This document shows, piece by piece, positions 38,801-54,100 of a stretch of DNA of 64,000 nucleotides; the stretch's first letter is position 1; every line of letters begins with the position of its first letter. The stretch covers positions 8,524,201 to 8,588,200 of the forward strand of contig NC_092679.1 in the NCBI RefSeq assembly GCF_964355755.1. The letters run 5' to 3'. A program made the position numbers and the translations under genes. This stretch comes from Antedon mediterranea (taxonomy: Eukaryota; Animalia; Echinodermata). Under the pieces are notes generated by a model that saw only the letters and a list, made by a program, of their open reading frames with translations, was not told the origin of the DNA and did no database searches.

Positions 38801-41383
38801 GAGAGATAGATCAGCGAGATAGAGAAAGATCAGCGAGAGAGAGATAGATCAGCGACAGAGAGATAGATCAGCGAGAGAGATATAGATCAGCGAGAGAGAT
38901 ATTGATCAGCGAGAGAGAGATAGGTCAGCGAGAGATAGATAGATCAGCGAGAGAGAGATAGATCAGCGAGAGAGAGAGAGATAGATCAGCGAGAAAGAGA
39001 TAGATCAGCGAGAGAGATAGATAGATCAGCAAGAGAGAGATAGATCAGCGAGAGAGAGAGAGATAGATCAGCGAGAGAGAGATAGATCAGCGAGAGAGAG
39101 ATAGATCAGCGAGAGGGAGAGATAGATCAGCGAGAGAGATATAGATCAGCGAGAGAGAGATAGATCAGCGAGAGAGAGATAGATCAGCGAGAGAGAGATA
39201 GATCAGCGAGAGAGAGAGAGATAGATCAGAGAGAGAGAGATAGATCAACGAGAGAGAGAGATAGATCAGCGAGAGAGTGATAGATTAGCAAGAGAGAGAT
39301 AGATCAGCGAGAGAGATAGATCAGCGAGAGAGAGAGAGATCAGCGAGAGAGAGATAGATCAGCGAGAGAGAGATAGATCAGCGAGAGAGAGATAGATAGA
39401 TCAGCGAGAGAGAGATAGATCAGCGAGAGAGATATAGATCAGCGAGAGAGAGATAGATCAGCGAGAGATAGATAGATCAGCGAGAGAGAGAGAGAGATAG
39501 ATCAGCAAGAGAGAGATAGATCAGCGAGAGAGAGAGATAGATCAGCGAGAGCGAGATAGATTAGCGAGAGAGAGATAGATCAGCGAGAGAGAGATAGATC
39601 AGCGAGAAAGAGATAGATCAGCGAGAGAGATAGATACATCAGCGAGAGAGAGATAGATCAGCGAGAGAGAGAGAGATAGATCAGCGAGAGAGAGAGAGAT
39701 AGATCAGCGAGAGAGAGATAGATCAGCGAGAGAGAGATAGATCAGCGAGAGGGAGAGATAGTTCAGCGAGAGAGATATAGATCAGCGAGAGAGAGATAGA
39801 TCAGCGAGAGAGAGATAGATCAGCGAGAAAGAGATAGATCAGCGAGAGAGAGAGATAGATCAGCGAGAGAGAGAGATAGATCAGCGAGAGAGAGAAAGAT
39901 CAGCGAGAGAGAGATAGATCAGCGACAGAGAGATAGATCAGCGAGAGAGAGATAGATCAGCGAGAGAGAGAGAGGTCAGCGAGAGAGAGAGATAGATCAG
40001 CGAGAGAAAGATAGATCAGCGAGAGAGAGATAGATAGATCAGCGAGAGAGAGATAGATAGATCAGCGAGAGAGAGATAGATCAGCGAAAGAGAGATAGAT
40101 AGATCAGCGAGAGAGAGATAGATCAGCGAGAGAGATAGATTAGCGAGAGAGAGATAGATAGATGAGCGAGAGAGAGAGATAGATCAGCGAGAGAGAGATA
40201 GATCAGCGAGAGAGAGATAGATAGATCAGCGAGAGAGAGATAGATAGATCAGCGAGAGAGAGATAGATAGATCAGCGAGAGAGAGATAGATAGATCAGCG
40301 AGAGAGAGATAGATCAGCGAGAGAGAGATAGATCAGCGAGAGGGAGAGATAGATCAGCGAGAGAGAGATAGATCAGCGAGAGAGAGATAGATCAGCGAGA
40401 GAGATAGATCAGCGAGAGAGAGATAGATCAGCGAGAGAGAGATAGATCAGCGAGAGAGAGAGATGGATCAGCGAGAGAGAGAGAGAGATAGATCAGCAAG
40501 ATAGAGAAAGATCTGCGAGAGAGAGATAGATCAGCGAGAGAGAGATAGATCAGCGAGAGAGAGATAGATCAGCGAGAGAGAGATAGATCAGCGAGAGAGA
40601 GATAGATCAGCGAGAGAGAGAGAGAGAGAGAGATAGATCAGCGAGATAGAGAAAGATCAGCGAGAGAGAGATAGATCAGCGACAGAGAGATAGATCAGCG
40701 AGAGAGATATAGATCAGCGAGAGAGATATTGATCAGCGAGAGAGAGATAGGTCAGCGAGAGATAGATAGATCAGCGAGAGAGAGATAGATCAGCGAGAGA
40801 GAGAGAGATAGATCAGCGAGAAAGAGATAGATCAGCGAGAGAGATAGATAGATCAGCGAGAGAGAGATAGATCAGCGAGAGAGAGAGAGATAGATCAGCG
40901 AGAGAGAGAGAGATAGATCAGCGAGAGAGAGATAGATCAGCGAGAGAGAGATAGATCAGCGAGAGGGAGAGATAGATCAGCGATAGAGATATAGATCAGC
41001 GAGAGAGAGAGATAGATCAGCGAGAGAGAGATAGATCAGCGAGAAAGAGATAGATCAGCGAGAGAGATAGATACATCAGCGAGAGAGAGATAGATCAGCG
41101 AGAGAGAGAGAGATAGATCAGCGAGAGAGAGAGAGAGATAGATCAGCGAGAGAGAGATAGATCAGCGAGAGAGAGATAGATCAGCGAGAGGGAGAGATAG
41201 TTCAGCGAGAGAGATATAGATCAGCGAGAGAGAGATAAATCAGCGAGAGAGAGAGATAGATCAGCGAGAATGAGAAAGATCAGCGAGAGAGAGATAGATC
41301 AGCGACAGAGAGATAGATCAGCGAGAGGGAGATAGATCAGCGAGAGAGAGATAGATCAGCGAGAGAGAGATAGATCAGCGAGA

Positions 41384-42180
41384 GAGAGAGAGAGATCAGC
41401 GAGAGAGAGATCAGCGAGAGAGAGAGAGACCAGCGAGAAAAAGTGAGATAAGCGAGAGAGAGATCAGCAGTGAGAGAGAGAGCGATCAGCGAGAGAGAGA
41501 TCAGTGAGAGAGAGATCAGCCACAGAGAGAACAGCGAGAGAGAGATCAGCTAGAGAGAGAGAGAGATAAGTGAGAGGAAAAGAGAGATCAGCGTTGAGAG
41601 AGCACACTCACGTCATATTGCGAATTTTGGACAAAAAGTGTATTGAGAGCGCTTTTGATTTAAACATTAGCGCGAGCCTGTCTTACCGCTGAGAATTGTA
41701 TTGAGAAACCCGAAGGGAGCCTTGAGAGAGATCAGCGAGAGAGAGATCAACGAGAGAGAGAGATCGGCGAGATAGAGATCAGCGATAGAGAGATCAGTGA
41801 GAGAGACTGAGGGCAACAAGAAAGAGACAGAGAGCAGCAAGAGGGACAGAGAGCAACGAGAGAGAGAGACAAATAGCAGCGATAGAGAGACAGATATCAG
41901 TGAGAAAGATACAGAGAGCAGCGAGAGAGCGAGAAAAAGATCAGCGAGAGATAGATCAGCGAGAGAGAAAGAGGTCAGCGAGAAAGAGTGAGATCAGCGA
42001 GAGAGAGATCAGCGAAAGAGAGATCAGCAGGAGAGAGATCAGCGAGAGAGAGAGATAGCAGCGATAGAGAGACAGATAGAAGCGAGAGAGAGACAGAGAG
42101 CAGAGAGAGAGAGAGAGAGAGAGAGATCAGTGAGAGAGAGATCAGCGAGAGAGAGATATTAGTGAGAGAGAGATCAGCGA
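41384..42180 (+). repeat. Interrupting cassette copy 2 (unique core 41603-41723)
   Basis: Offset 12,284 bp from copy 1. The core differs from copy 1 at three positions (29328 C/41612 G, 29358 T/41642 A, 29396 A/41680 G). Confidence 0.95.
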
Positions 42181-45100
42181 GAGAGATAGATCAGCGAGAG
42201 AGAGATAGATCAGCGAGAGAGAGATAGATCAGCGAGAGAGAGATAGATCAGCGAGAGAGAGATAGATCAGCGAGAGAGAGATAGATAGATCAGCGAGCGA
42301 AAGAGAGATAGATCAGCGAGAGAGATAGATCAGCGAGAGAGAGATAGATAGATGAGCGAGAGAGAGATAGATCAGCGAGAGAGAGATAGATCAGCGAGAG
42401 AGAGATAGATCAGCGAGAGAGAGATAGATAGATCAGCGAGAGAGATAGATAGATCAGCGAGAAAGAGATTGATAGATCAGCGAGAGAGAGATAGATGAGC
42501 GAGAGAGATAGATCAGCGAGAGAGATAGATAGATCAGCGAGAGAGAGATAGATCAGCGAGAGAGAGAGAGAGAGATAGATAAGCGAGAGAGAGAGAGAGA
42601 TAGATCAGCGAGAGAGAGATAGATCAGCGAGAGAGAGATAGATCAGCGAGAGGGAGAGATAGATCAGCGAGAGAGAGATAGATCAGCGAGAGAGAGATAG
42701 ATCAGCGAGAGAGATAGATCAGCGAGAGAGAGATAGATAAGCGAGAGAGAGATAGATCAGCGAGAGAGAGAGATGGATCAGCGAGAGAGAGAGAGATAGA
42801 TCAGCTAGATAGACAAAGAGCTGCGAGAGAGAGATAGATCAGCGAGAGAAAGATAGATCAGTGAGTGAGAGATAGATCACCGAGAGAGAGATAGATCAGC
42901 GAGAGAGAGATAGATCAGCGAGAGAGATAGATCAGCGAGAAAGAGAGAGATAGATCAGCGAGATAGAGAAAGATCAGCGAGAGAGAAATAGATCAGCGAC
43001 AGAGAGATAGATCAGCGAGAGAGATATAGATCAGCGAGAGAGATATAGATCAGCGAGAGAGAGAGATAGGTCAGCGAGAGATAGATAGATCAGCGAGAGA
43101 GAGAGAGAGATAGATCAGCAAGAGAGAGATAGATCAGCGAGAGAGATAGATAGATCAGCGAGAGTGAGATAGATTAGCGAGAGAGAGATAGATCAGCGAG
43201 AGAGAGATAGATCAGCGAGAGAGAGAGAGATAGATCAGCGAGAAAGAGATAGATCAGCGAGAGAGATAGATAGATCAACGAGAGAGAGATAGATCAGCGA
43301 GAGAGAGAGATAGATCAGCGAGAGAGAGAGATAGATCAGCGAGAGAGATATAGATCAGCGAGAGAGAGATAGATCAGCGAGAGGGAGAGATAGATCAGCG
43401 AGAGAGAGATAGATCAGCGAGAGAGAGATAGATCAGCGAGAGAGAGATAGACCAGCGAGAGAGAGATGGATCAGCGAGAGAGAGATAGATCAGCGAGAGA
43501 GAGATATATCAGCGAGAGAGAGAAAGATCAGCGAGAGAGAGATAGATGAGCGACAGAGAGATAGATCAGCGAGAGAGAGATAGATCAGCGAGAGAGATAT
43601 AGATCAGCGAGAGAGATAAATCAGCGAGAGAGAGATAGATAAGCGAGAGAAAGAAAGATCAGCGAGAGAGAGATAGATCAGAGAGAGAGAGATAGATCAG
43701 CGAGAGAGATAGATCAACGAGAGAGAGAGATAGATCAGCGAGAGAGAGAGAGATAGATCAGCGAGAGAGAGATAGATCAGCGAGCTAGAGATATATAAGC
43801 GAGAGAGAGATAGATTAGCGAGAGAGAGATAGATCAGCGAGAGAGAGATAGATCAGCGAGAGAGAGAGAGATCAGCGAGAGAGAGAGATAGATCAGCGAG
43901 AGAGAGATAGATCAGCGAGAGAGAGAGATAGATCAGCGAGAGAGAGATAGATCAGCGAGAGAAAGAGAGATAGATCAGCGAGAGAGAGAGAGAGAGATAG
44001 ATGAGCGAGAGAGAGAGAGATAGATCAGCGAGAGAGAGTGAGAGAGATAGATCAGCGAGAGAGAGTGAGAGAGATAGATCAGCGAGAGAGAGAGATCAGC
44101 GAGAGATAGATAGATCAGCGAGAGGGAGAGATAGATCAGCGAGAGAGAAATAGATCAGCGAGAGAGAGATAGATCAGCGAGAGGGAGAGATAGATCAGCG
44201 AGAGAGAGATAGATCAGCGAGAGAGAGATAGATCAGCGAGAGAGAGATAGATCAGCGAGAGAGAGATAGATCAGCGAGAGAGAGATAGATCAGCGAGAGA
44301 GAGATAGATCAGCGAGAGAGAGAGATAGATCAGCGAGATAGAGAAAGATCAGCGAGAGAGAGATAGATCAGCGACAGAGAGATAGATCAGCGAGAGAGAG
44401 ATAGATCAGCGAGAGAGATATAGATCAGCGAGAGAGAGAGATAGATCAGCGAGAGCGAGATAGATTAGCGAGAGAGAGATAGATCAGCGAGAGAGAGAGA
44501 TAGATCAGCGAGAGAGAAAGAGAGATAGATCAGCGAGAAAGAGATAGATCAGCGAGAGAGATAGATAGATCAGCGAGAGAGAGAAAAAGAGATAGATCAG
44601 CGAGAGAGAGAGAGAGAGAGATAGATCAGCGAGAGAGAGAGAGATAGATCAGCGAGAGAGAGATAGATCAGCGAGAGGGAGAGATAGAACAGCGAGAGAG
44701 AGATAGATCAGCGAAAGAGATAGACCAGCGAGAGAGAGATAGATCAGCGAGAGAGATAGATCAGCGAGAGAGAGAGATAGATCAGCGAGAGAGAGAGAGA
44801 TAGATCAGCGAGAGAGAGAAAGATCAGCGAGAGAGAGATAGGTCAGCGAGAGAGAGATAGATCAGCGAGAAAGAGATAGATCAGCGAGAGAGATAGATAC
44901 ATCAGCGAGAGAGAGATAGATCAGCGAGAGAGAGATAGATAGATCAGCGAGAGAGAGATAGGTCAGCGAGAGAGAGATAGATCAGCGAGAGAGATAGATA
45001 GATCAGCGAGAGAGAGATAGATCAGCGAGAGAGAGAGAGAGAGATAGATCAGCGAGAGAGAGAGATAGATCAGCGAGAGAGAGATAGATCAGCGAGAGAG

Positions 45101-48100
45101 AGATAGATCAGCGAGAGGGAGAGATAGATCAGCGAGAGAGAGATAGATCAGCGAAAGAGATAGACCAGCGAGAGAGAGATAGATCAGCGAGAGAGATAGA
45201 TCAGCGAGAGAGAGAGATAGATCAGCGAGAGAGAGAGAGATAGATCAGAGAGAGAGAGAAAGATCAGCGAGAGAGAGATAGGTCAGCGACAGAGAGATAG
45301 ATCAGCGAGAGAGAGAGATAGATCAGCGAGAGAGATATAGATCAGCGAGAGAGAGATAGATCAGCGAGAGAGAGAGATAGATCAGCTAGAGAGAGAAAGA
45401 TCAGCGAGAGAGAGATAGATCAGTGAGAGAGAGATAGATCAGCGAGAGAGAGATAGATTAGCGAGAGAGAGATAGATCAGCGAGAGAGAGAGAGATAGAT
45501 CAGAGAGAGAGAGAGATAGATCAGCGAGAGAGAGATAGATCAGCGAGAGAGAGATAGATTAGCAAGAGAGAGATAGATCAGCGAGAGAGAGATAGATCAG
45601 CGAGAGAGAGAGATCAGCGAGAGAAAGATAGATCAGCGAGAGAGAGATAGATCTGCGAGAGAGAGATAGATCAGCGAGAGAGAGATAGATAGATCAGCGA
45701 GAGAGATAGATCAGCGAGAGAGATATAGATCAGCGAGAGAGAGATAGATCAGCGAGAGATAGATAGATCAGCAAGAGAGAGAGATAGATCAGCGAGAGCG
45801 AGATAGATTAGCGAGAGAGAGATAGATCAGCGAGAGAGAGATAGATCAGCGAGAGAGAGAGAGATAGATCAGCGAGAAAGAGATAGATCACTGAGAGAGA
45901 TAAATAGATCAGCCAGAGAGAGATAGATCAGCGAGAGAGAGATAGATCAGCGAAAGAGAGAGAGAGATAGATCAGCGAGAGAGAGATAGATCAGCGAGAG
46001 AGAGATAGATCAGCGAGAGGGAGAGATAGATCAGCGAGAGAGAGATAGATCAGCGAGAGAGAGATAGATCAGCGAGAGAGAGATAGATCAGCGAGAGAGA
46101 TAGATCAGCAAGAGAGAGATAGATCAGCGAGAGAGAGAGATAGATCAGCGAGAAAGAGAAAGATCAGCGAGAGAGAGATAGGTCAGCGACAGAGAGATAG
46201 ATCAGCGAGAGAGAGATAGATCAGCGAGAGAGATATAGATCAGCGAGAGAGAGATAGATCAGCGAGAGAGAGATAGATCAGCGAGAGAGAGATAGATCAG
46301 CGAGAGAGAGAAAGATCAGCGAGAGAGAGATAGATCAGTGAGAGAGAGATAGATCAGTGAGAGAGAGATAGATTAGCGAGAGAGAGATAGATCAGCGAGA
46401 GAGAAAGAGATAGATCAGAGAGAAAGAGATAGATCAGCGAGAGAGAGATAGATCAGCGAGAGAGAGATAGATTAGCAAGAGAGAGATAGATCAGCGAGAG
46501 AGATAGATCAGCGAGAGAGAGAGAGAGAAAGAGAGAGATCAGCGAGAGAGAGATAGATCATCGAGAGAGAGATAGATCAGCGAGAGAGAGATAGATAGAT
46601 CAGCGAGAGAGAGATAGATCAGCGAGAGAGATATAGATCAGCGAGAGAGAGATAGATCAGCGAGAGAAAGATAGATCAGCGAGAGAGAGAGAGATAGATC
46701 AGCAAGATAGAGATAGATCAGCGAGAGAGAGAGATAGATCAGCGACAGCAAGATAGATTAGCGAGAGAGAGATAGATCAGCGAGAGTGAGATAGATAGAT
46801 CAGCGAGAGAGAGAGATAGATCAGCGAGAAAGAGATAGATCAGCGAGAGAGATAGATAGATCAGCGAGAGAGAGATAGATCAGCGAGAGAGAGAGAGAGA
46901 GATAGATCAGCGAGAGAGAGAGAGAGAGATAGATCAGAGAAAGAGAGAGAGATAGATCAGCGAGAGAGAGATAGATCAGCGAGAGAGAGATAGATCAGCA
47001 AGAGGGAGAGATAGATCAGCGAGAGAGAGATAGATCAGCAAGAGAGAGATAGATCAGCGAGAGAGAGAGAGAGAGATCAGCGAGAGAGAGAGAGATAGAT
47101 CAGCGAGAGAGAGAGATAGATCAGCAAGAGAGAGATAGTTAGATCAGCGAGAGAGAGATAGATAGATCAGCGAGAGAGAGATAGATCAGCTAAAAAGAGA
47201 TAGATAGATCAGCGAGAGAGAGATAGATCAGCGAGAGAGATAGATTCGCGAGAGAGAGATAGATAGATGAGCGAGAGAGAGAGATAGATCAGCGAGAGAG
47301 AGATAGATCAGCGAGAGAGAGATAGATCATCGAGAGAGAGATAGATAGATCAGCGAGAGAGAGATAGATAGATCAGCGAGAGAGAGATAGATCGATCAGC
47401 GAGAGAGAGATAGATAGATCAGCGAGAGAGAGATAGATCAGCGAGAGAGAGAGAGATAGATCAGCGAGGAAGAGATAGATCAGCGAGAGAGATAGATAGA
47501 TCAGCGAGAGAGAGATAGATCAGCGAGAGAGAGAGAGAGAGAGATAGATCAGCGAGAGAGAGAGAGAGAGAGAGATAGATCAGCGAAAGAGAGAGAGAGA
47601 TAGATCAGCGAGAGAGAGATAGATCAGCGAGAGAGAGATAGATCAGCGAGAGGGAGAGATAGATCAGCGAGAGAGAGATAGATCAGCGAGAGAGAGAGAT
47701 AGATCAGCGAGAGAGAGATAGATCAGCGAGAGAGAGAGATAGATCAGCGAGAGAGAGATAGATCAGCGAGAGAGATAGATCAGCGAGAGAGAGATAGATA
47801 GATCAGCGAGAGAGAGAGATAGATCAGCGAGAGAGAGAAAGATCAGCGAGAGAGAGATAGGTCAGCGACAGAGAGATAGATCAGCGAGAGAGAGATAGAT
47901 CAGCGAGAGAGATATAGATCAGCGAGAGAGAGATAGATCAGCGAGAGAGAGATAGATCAGCGAGAGAGAGAAAGATCAGCGAGAGAGAGATAGATCAGTG
48001 AGAGAGAGATAGATCAGCGAGAGAGAGATAGATTAGCGAGAGAGAGATAGATCAGCGAGAGAGAGAGATAGATCAGAGAGAGAGAGATAGATCTGCGAGA

Positions 48101-51100
48101 GAGAGATAGATCAGCGAGATAGTGATAGATTAGCAAGAGAGAGATAGATCAGCGAGAGAGATAGATCAGCGAGAGAGAGAGAGATCAGCGAGAGAGAGAT
48201 AGATCAGCGAGAGAGAGATAGATCAGCGAGAGAGATATATATCAGCGAGAGAGAGATAGATAGATCAGCGAGAAAGAGATAGATCAGCGAGAGAGATATA
48301 GATCAGCGAGAGAGAGATAGATCAGTGAGAGATAGATAGATCAGCGAGAGAGAGAGAGATAGATCAGCAAGAGAGAGATAGATCAGCGAGAGAGATAGAT
48401 TAGCGAGAGAGAGATAGATAGATGAGCGAGAGAGAGATAGATCAGCGAGAGAGAGATAGATCAGCGAGAGAGAGATAGATCAGCGAGCGAGAGATAGATA
48501 GATCAGCGAGAGAGAGATAGATAGATCAGCGAGAGAGAGATAGATAGATCAGCGAGAGAGAGATAGATAGATCAGCGAGAGAGAGATAGATCAGCGAGAG
48601 AGAGAGATAGATCAGCGAGAAAGAGATAGATCAGCGAGAGAGATAGATAGATCAGCGAGAGAGAGATAGATCAGCGAGAGAGAGAGAGAGAGATAGATCA
48701 GCGAGAGAGAGAGAGAGAGAGAGATAGATCAGCGAAAGAGAGAGAGAGATAGATCAGCGAGAGAGAGATAGATCAGCGAGAGGGAGAGATAGATCAGCGA
48801 GAGAGAGATAGATCAGCGAGAGAGAGATAGATCAGCAAGAGAGAGATAGATCAGCGAGAGAGATAGATCAGCGAGAGAGAGATAGATAGATCAGCGAGAG
48901 AGAGAGATAGATCAGCGAGAGAGAGAAAGATCAGCGAGAGAGAGATAGGTTAGCGACAGAGAGATAGATCAGCGAGAGAGAGATAGATCAGCGAGAGAGA
49001 TATAGATCAGCGAGAGAGAGATAGATCAGCGAGAGAGAGATAGATCAGCGAGAGAGAGAAAGATCAGCGAGAGATAGATAGATCAGTGAGAGAGAGATAG
49101 GTCAGCGAGAGAGAGATAGATTAGCGAGAGAGAGATAGATAAGCGAGAGAGAGAGATAGATCAGAGAGAGAGAGATAGATCAGCGAGAGAGAGATAGATC
49201 AGCGAGAGAGTGATAGATTAGCAAGAGAGAGATAGATCAGCGAGAGAGATAGATCAGCGAGAGAGAGAGAGATCAGCGAGAGAGAGATAGATCAGCGAGA
49301 GAGAGATAGATCAGCGAGAGAGAGATAGATCAGCGAGAGAGAGATAGATAGATCAGCGAGAGAGAGATAGATCAGCGAGAGAAATATAGATCAGCGAGAG
49401 AGAGATAGATCAGCGAGAGATAGATAGATCAGCGAGAGAGAGAGAGAGATAGATCAGCAAGAGAGAGATAGATCAGCGAGAGAGAGATAGATCAGCGAGA
49501 GCGAGATAGATTAGCGAGAGAGAGATAGATCAGCGAGAGAGAGATAGATCAGCGAGAGAGAGAGAGATAGATCAGCGAGAAAGAGATAGATCAGCGAGAG
49601 AGATAGATACATCAGCGAGAGAGAGATAGATCAGCGACAGAGAGAGAGATAGATCAGCGACAGAGAGAGAGATAGATCAGCGAGAGAGAGATAGATCAGC
49701 GAGAGAGAGATAGATCAGCGAGAGGGAGAGATAGTTCAGCGAGAGAGATATAGATCAGCGAGAGAGAGATAGATCAGCGAGAGAGAGATAGATCAGCGAG
49801 AGAGAGATAGATCAGCGAGAGAGAGAAATAGATCAGCGAGAGAGAGAGATAGATCAGCGAGAGAGAGAAAGATCAGCGAGAGAGAGATAGATCAGCGACA
49901 GAGAGATAGATCAGCGAGAGAGAGATAGATCAGCGAGAGAGAGAGAGGTCAGCGAGAGAGAGAGATAGATCAGCGAGAGAGAGATAGATCAGCGAGAGAG
50001 AGATAGATAGATCAGCGAGAGAGAGATAGATAGATCAGCGAGAGAGAGATAGATCAGCGAAAGAGAGATAGATAGATCAGCGAGAGAGAGATAGATCAGC
50101 GAGAGAGATAGATTAGCGAGAGAGAGAGATAGATAGATGAGCGAGAGAGAGAGATAGATCAGCGAGAGAGAGATAGATCAGCAAGAGAGAGATAGATAGA
50201 TCAGCGAGAGAGAGATAGATAGATCAGCGAGAGAGAGATAGATAGATCAGCGAGAGAGAGATAGATCAGCGAGAGAGAGATAGATCAGCGAGAGAGAGAT
50301 AGATCAGCGAGCGAGAGATAGATAGATCAGCGAGAGAGAGATAGATAGATCAGCGAGAGAGAGATAGATAGATCAGCGAGAGAGAGATAGATAGATCAGC
50401 GAGAGAGAGATAGATCAGCGAGAGAGAGAGATAGATCAGCGAGAAAGAGATAGATCAGCGAGAGAGATAGATAGATCAGCGAGAGAGAGATAGATCAGCG
50501 AGAGAGAGAGAGAGAGATAGATCAGCGAGAGAGAGAGAGAGAGAGAGATAGATCAGCGAAAGAGAGAGAGAGATAGATCAGCGAGAGAGAGATAGATCAG
50601 CGAGAGGGAGAGATAGATCAGCGAGAGAGAGATAGATCAGCGAGAGAGAGATAGATCAGCAAGAGAGAGATAGATCAGCGAGAGAGATAGATCAGCGAGA
50701 GAGAGATAGATAGATCAGCGAGAGAGAGAGATAGATCAGCGAGAGAGAGAAAGATCAGCGAGAGAGAGATAGGTTAGCGACAGAGAGATAGATCAGCGAG
50801 AGAGAGATAGATCAGCGAGAGAGATATAGATCAGCGAGAGAGAGATAGATCAGCGAGAGAGAGATAGATCAGCGAGAGAGAGAAAGATCAGCGAGAGATA
50901 GATAGATCAGTGAGAGAGAGATAGGTCAGCGAGAGAGAGATAGATTAGCGAGAGAGAGATAGATAAGCGAGAGAGAGAGATAGATCAGAGAGAGAGAGAT
51001 AGATCAGCGAGAGAGAGATAGATCAGCGAGAGAGTGATAGATTAGCAAGAGAGAGATAGATCAGCGAGAGAGATAGATCAGCGAGAGAGAGAGAGATCAG

Positions 51101-54100
51101 CGAGAGAGAGATAGATCAGCGAGAGAGAGATAGATCAGCGAGAGAGAGATAGATAAGCGAGAGAGAGATAGATAGATCAGCGAGAGAGAGATAGATCAGC
51201 GAGAGAAATATAGATCAGCGAGAGAGAGATAGATCAGCGAGAGATAGATAGATCAGCGAGAGAGAGAGAGAGATAGATCAGCAAGAGAGAGATAGATCAG
51301 CGAGAGAGAGATAGATCAGCGAGAGCGAGATAGATTAGCGAGAGAGAGATAGATCAGCGAGAGAGAGATAGATCAGCGAGAGAGAGAGAGATAGATCAGC
51401 GAGAAAGAGATAGATCAGCGAGAGAGATAGATACATCAGCGAGAGAGAGATAGATCAGCGACAGAGAGAGAGATAGATCAGCGACAGAGAGAGAGATAGA
51501 TCAGCGAGAGAGAGATAGATCAGCGAGAGAGAGATAGATCAGCGAGAGGGAGAGATAGTTCAGCGAGAGAGATATAGATCAGCGAGAGAGAGATAGATCA
51601 GCGAGAGAGAGATAGATCAGCGAGAGAGAGATAGATCAGCGAGAGAGAGAAATAGATCAGCGAGAGAGAGAGATAGATCAGCGAGAGAGAGAAAGATCAG
51701 CGAGAGAGAGATAGATCAGCGACAGAGAGATAGATCAGCGAGAGAGAGATAGATCAGCGAGAGAGAGAGAGGTCAGCGAGAGAGAGAGATAGATCAGCGA
51801 GAGAGAGATAGATCAGCGAGAGAGAGATAGATAGATCAGCGAGAGAGAGATAGATAGATCAGCGAGAGAGAGATAGATCAGCGAAAGAGAGATAGATAGA
51901 TCAGCGAGAGAGAGATAGATCAGCGAGAGAGATAGATTAGCGAGAGAGAGAGATAGATAGATGAGCGAGAGAGAGAGATAGATCAGCGAGAGAGAGATAG
52001 ATCAGCAAGAGAGAGATAGATAGATCAGCGAGAGAGAGATAGATAGATCAGCGAGAGAGAGATAGATAGATCAGCGAGAGAGAGATAGATAGATCAGCGA
52101 GAGAGAGATAGATCAGCGAGAGAGAGATAGATCAGCGAGAGAGAGAGATAGATCAGCGAAAGAGACAGAGAGAGATAGATAAGCGAGAGAGAGATAGATC
52201 AGCGAGAGAGAGATAGATCAGCGAGAGAGAGATAGATCAGCGAGAGGGAGAGATAGATCAGCGAGAGAGAGATAGATCAGCGAGAGAGAGATAGATCAGC
52301 GAGAGAGATAGATCAGCGAGAGAGAGATAGATCAGCGAGAGAGAGATAGATCAGCGAGAGAGAGAGATGGATCAGCGAGAGAGAGAGAGATAGATCAGCG
52401 AGATAGAGAAAGATCTGCGAGAGAGAGATAGATCAGCGAGAGAGAGATAGATCAGCGAGAGAGAGATAGATCAGCGAGAGAGAGATAGATCAGCGAGAGA
52501 GAGATAGATCAGCGAGAGAGAGAGAGAGAGAGATAGATCAGCGAGATAGAGAAAGATCAGCGAGAGAGAGATAGATCAGCGACAGAGAGATAGATCAGCG
52601 AGAGAGATATAGATCAGCGAGAGAGATATTGATCAGCGAGAGAGAGATAGGTCAGCGAGAGATAGATAGATCAGCGAGAGAGAGATAGATCAGCGAGAGA
52701 GAGAGAGAGATAGATCAGCGAGAAAGAGATAGATCAGCGAGAGAGATAGATAGATCAGCAAGAGAGAGATAGATCAGCGAGAGAGAGAGAGATAGATCAG
52801 CGAGAGAGAGATAGATCAGCGAGAGAGAGATAGATCAGCGAGAGGGAGAGATAGATCAGCGAGAGAGATATAGATCAGCGAGAGAGAGATAGATCAGCGA
52901 GAGAGAGATAGATCAGCGAGAGAGAGATAGATCAGCGAGAGAGAGAGATAGATCAGAGAGAGAGAGATAGATCAACGAGAGAGAGAGATAGATCAGCGAG
53001 AGAGTGATAGATTAGCAAGAGAGAGATAGATCAGCGAGAGAGATAGATCAGCGAGAGAGAGAGAGATCAGCGAGAGAGAGATAGATCAGCGAGAGAGAGA
53101 TAGATCAGCGAGAGAGAGATAGATCAACGAGAGAGATATAGATCAGCGAGAGAGAGATAGATCAGCGAGAGATAGATAGATCAGCGAGAGAGAGAGAGAG
53201 ATAGATCAGCAAGAGAGAGATAGATCAGCGAGAGAGAGAGATAGATCAGCGAGAGCGAGATAGATTAGCGAGAGAGAGATAGATCAGCGAGAGAGAGATA
53301 GATCAGCGAGAAAGAGATAGATCAGCGAGAGAGATAGATACATCAGCGAGAGAGAGATAGATCAGCGAGAGAGAGAGAGATAGATCAGCGAGAGAGAGAG
53401 AGATAGATCAGCGAGAGAGAGATAGATCAGCGAGAGAGAGATAGATCAGCGAGAGGGAGAGATAGTTCAGCGAGAGAGATATAGATCAGCGAGAGAGAGA
53501 TAGATCAGCGAGAGAGAGATAGATCAGCGAGAAAGAGATAGATCAGCGAGAGAGAGAGATAGATCAGCGAGAGAGAGAGATAGATCAGCGAGAGAGAGAA
53601 AGATCAGCGAGAGAGAGATAGATCAGCGACAGAGAGATAGATCAGCGAGAGAGAGATAGATCAGCGAGAGAGAGAGAGGTCAGCGAGAGAGAGAGATAGA
53701 TCAGCGAGAGAAAGATAGATCAGCGAGAGAGAGATAGATAGATCAGCGAGAGAGAGATAGATAGATCAGCGAGAGAGAGATAGATCAGCGAAAGAGAGAT
53801 AGATAGATCAGCGAGAGAGAGATAGATCAGCGAGAGAGATAGATTAGCGAGAGAGAGATAGATAGATGAGCGAGAGAGAGAGATAGATCAGCGAGAGAGA
53901 GATAGATCAGCGAGAGAGAGAGAGATAGATCAGCGAGAGAGAGATAGATCAGCGAGAGAGAGATAGATCAGCGAGAGGGAGAGATAGATCAGCGAGATCA
54001 GCGAGAGAGAGATAGATCAGCGAGAGAGAGATAGATCAGCGAGAGAGATAGATCAGCGAGAGAGAGATAGATAGATCAGCGAGAGAGAGAGATAGATCAG

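Noticed and set aside
41608-41625. CENP-B box, CDEI or CRE-like motif in the core (TCACGTCA; minus strand TTCGCAATATGACG)
   Set aside because: It does not fit TTCGnnnnAnnCGGG or RTCACRTG. The CRE-like match has a mismatch and is absent from copy 1.
41988-42227. 79-aa ORF resembling an RS/RE-rich protein
   Set aside because: It is translated satellite and is reported in only one of the three cassettes, depending on GA-run phase and loss of TAG codons.
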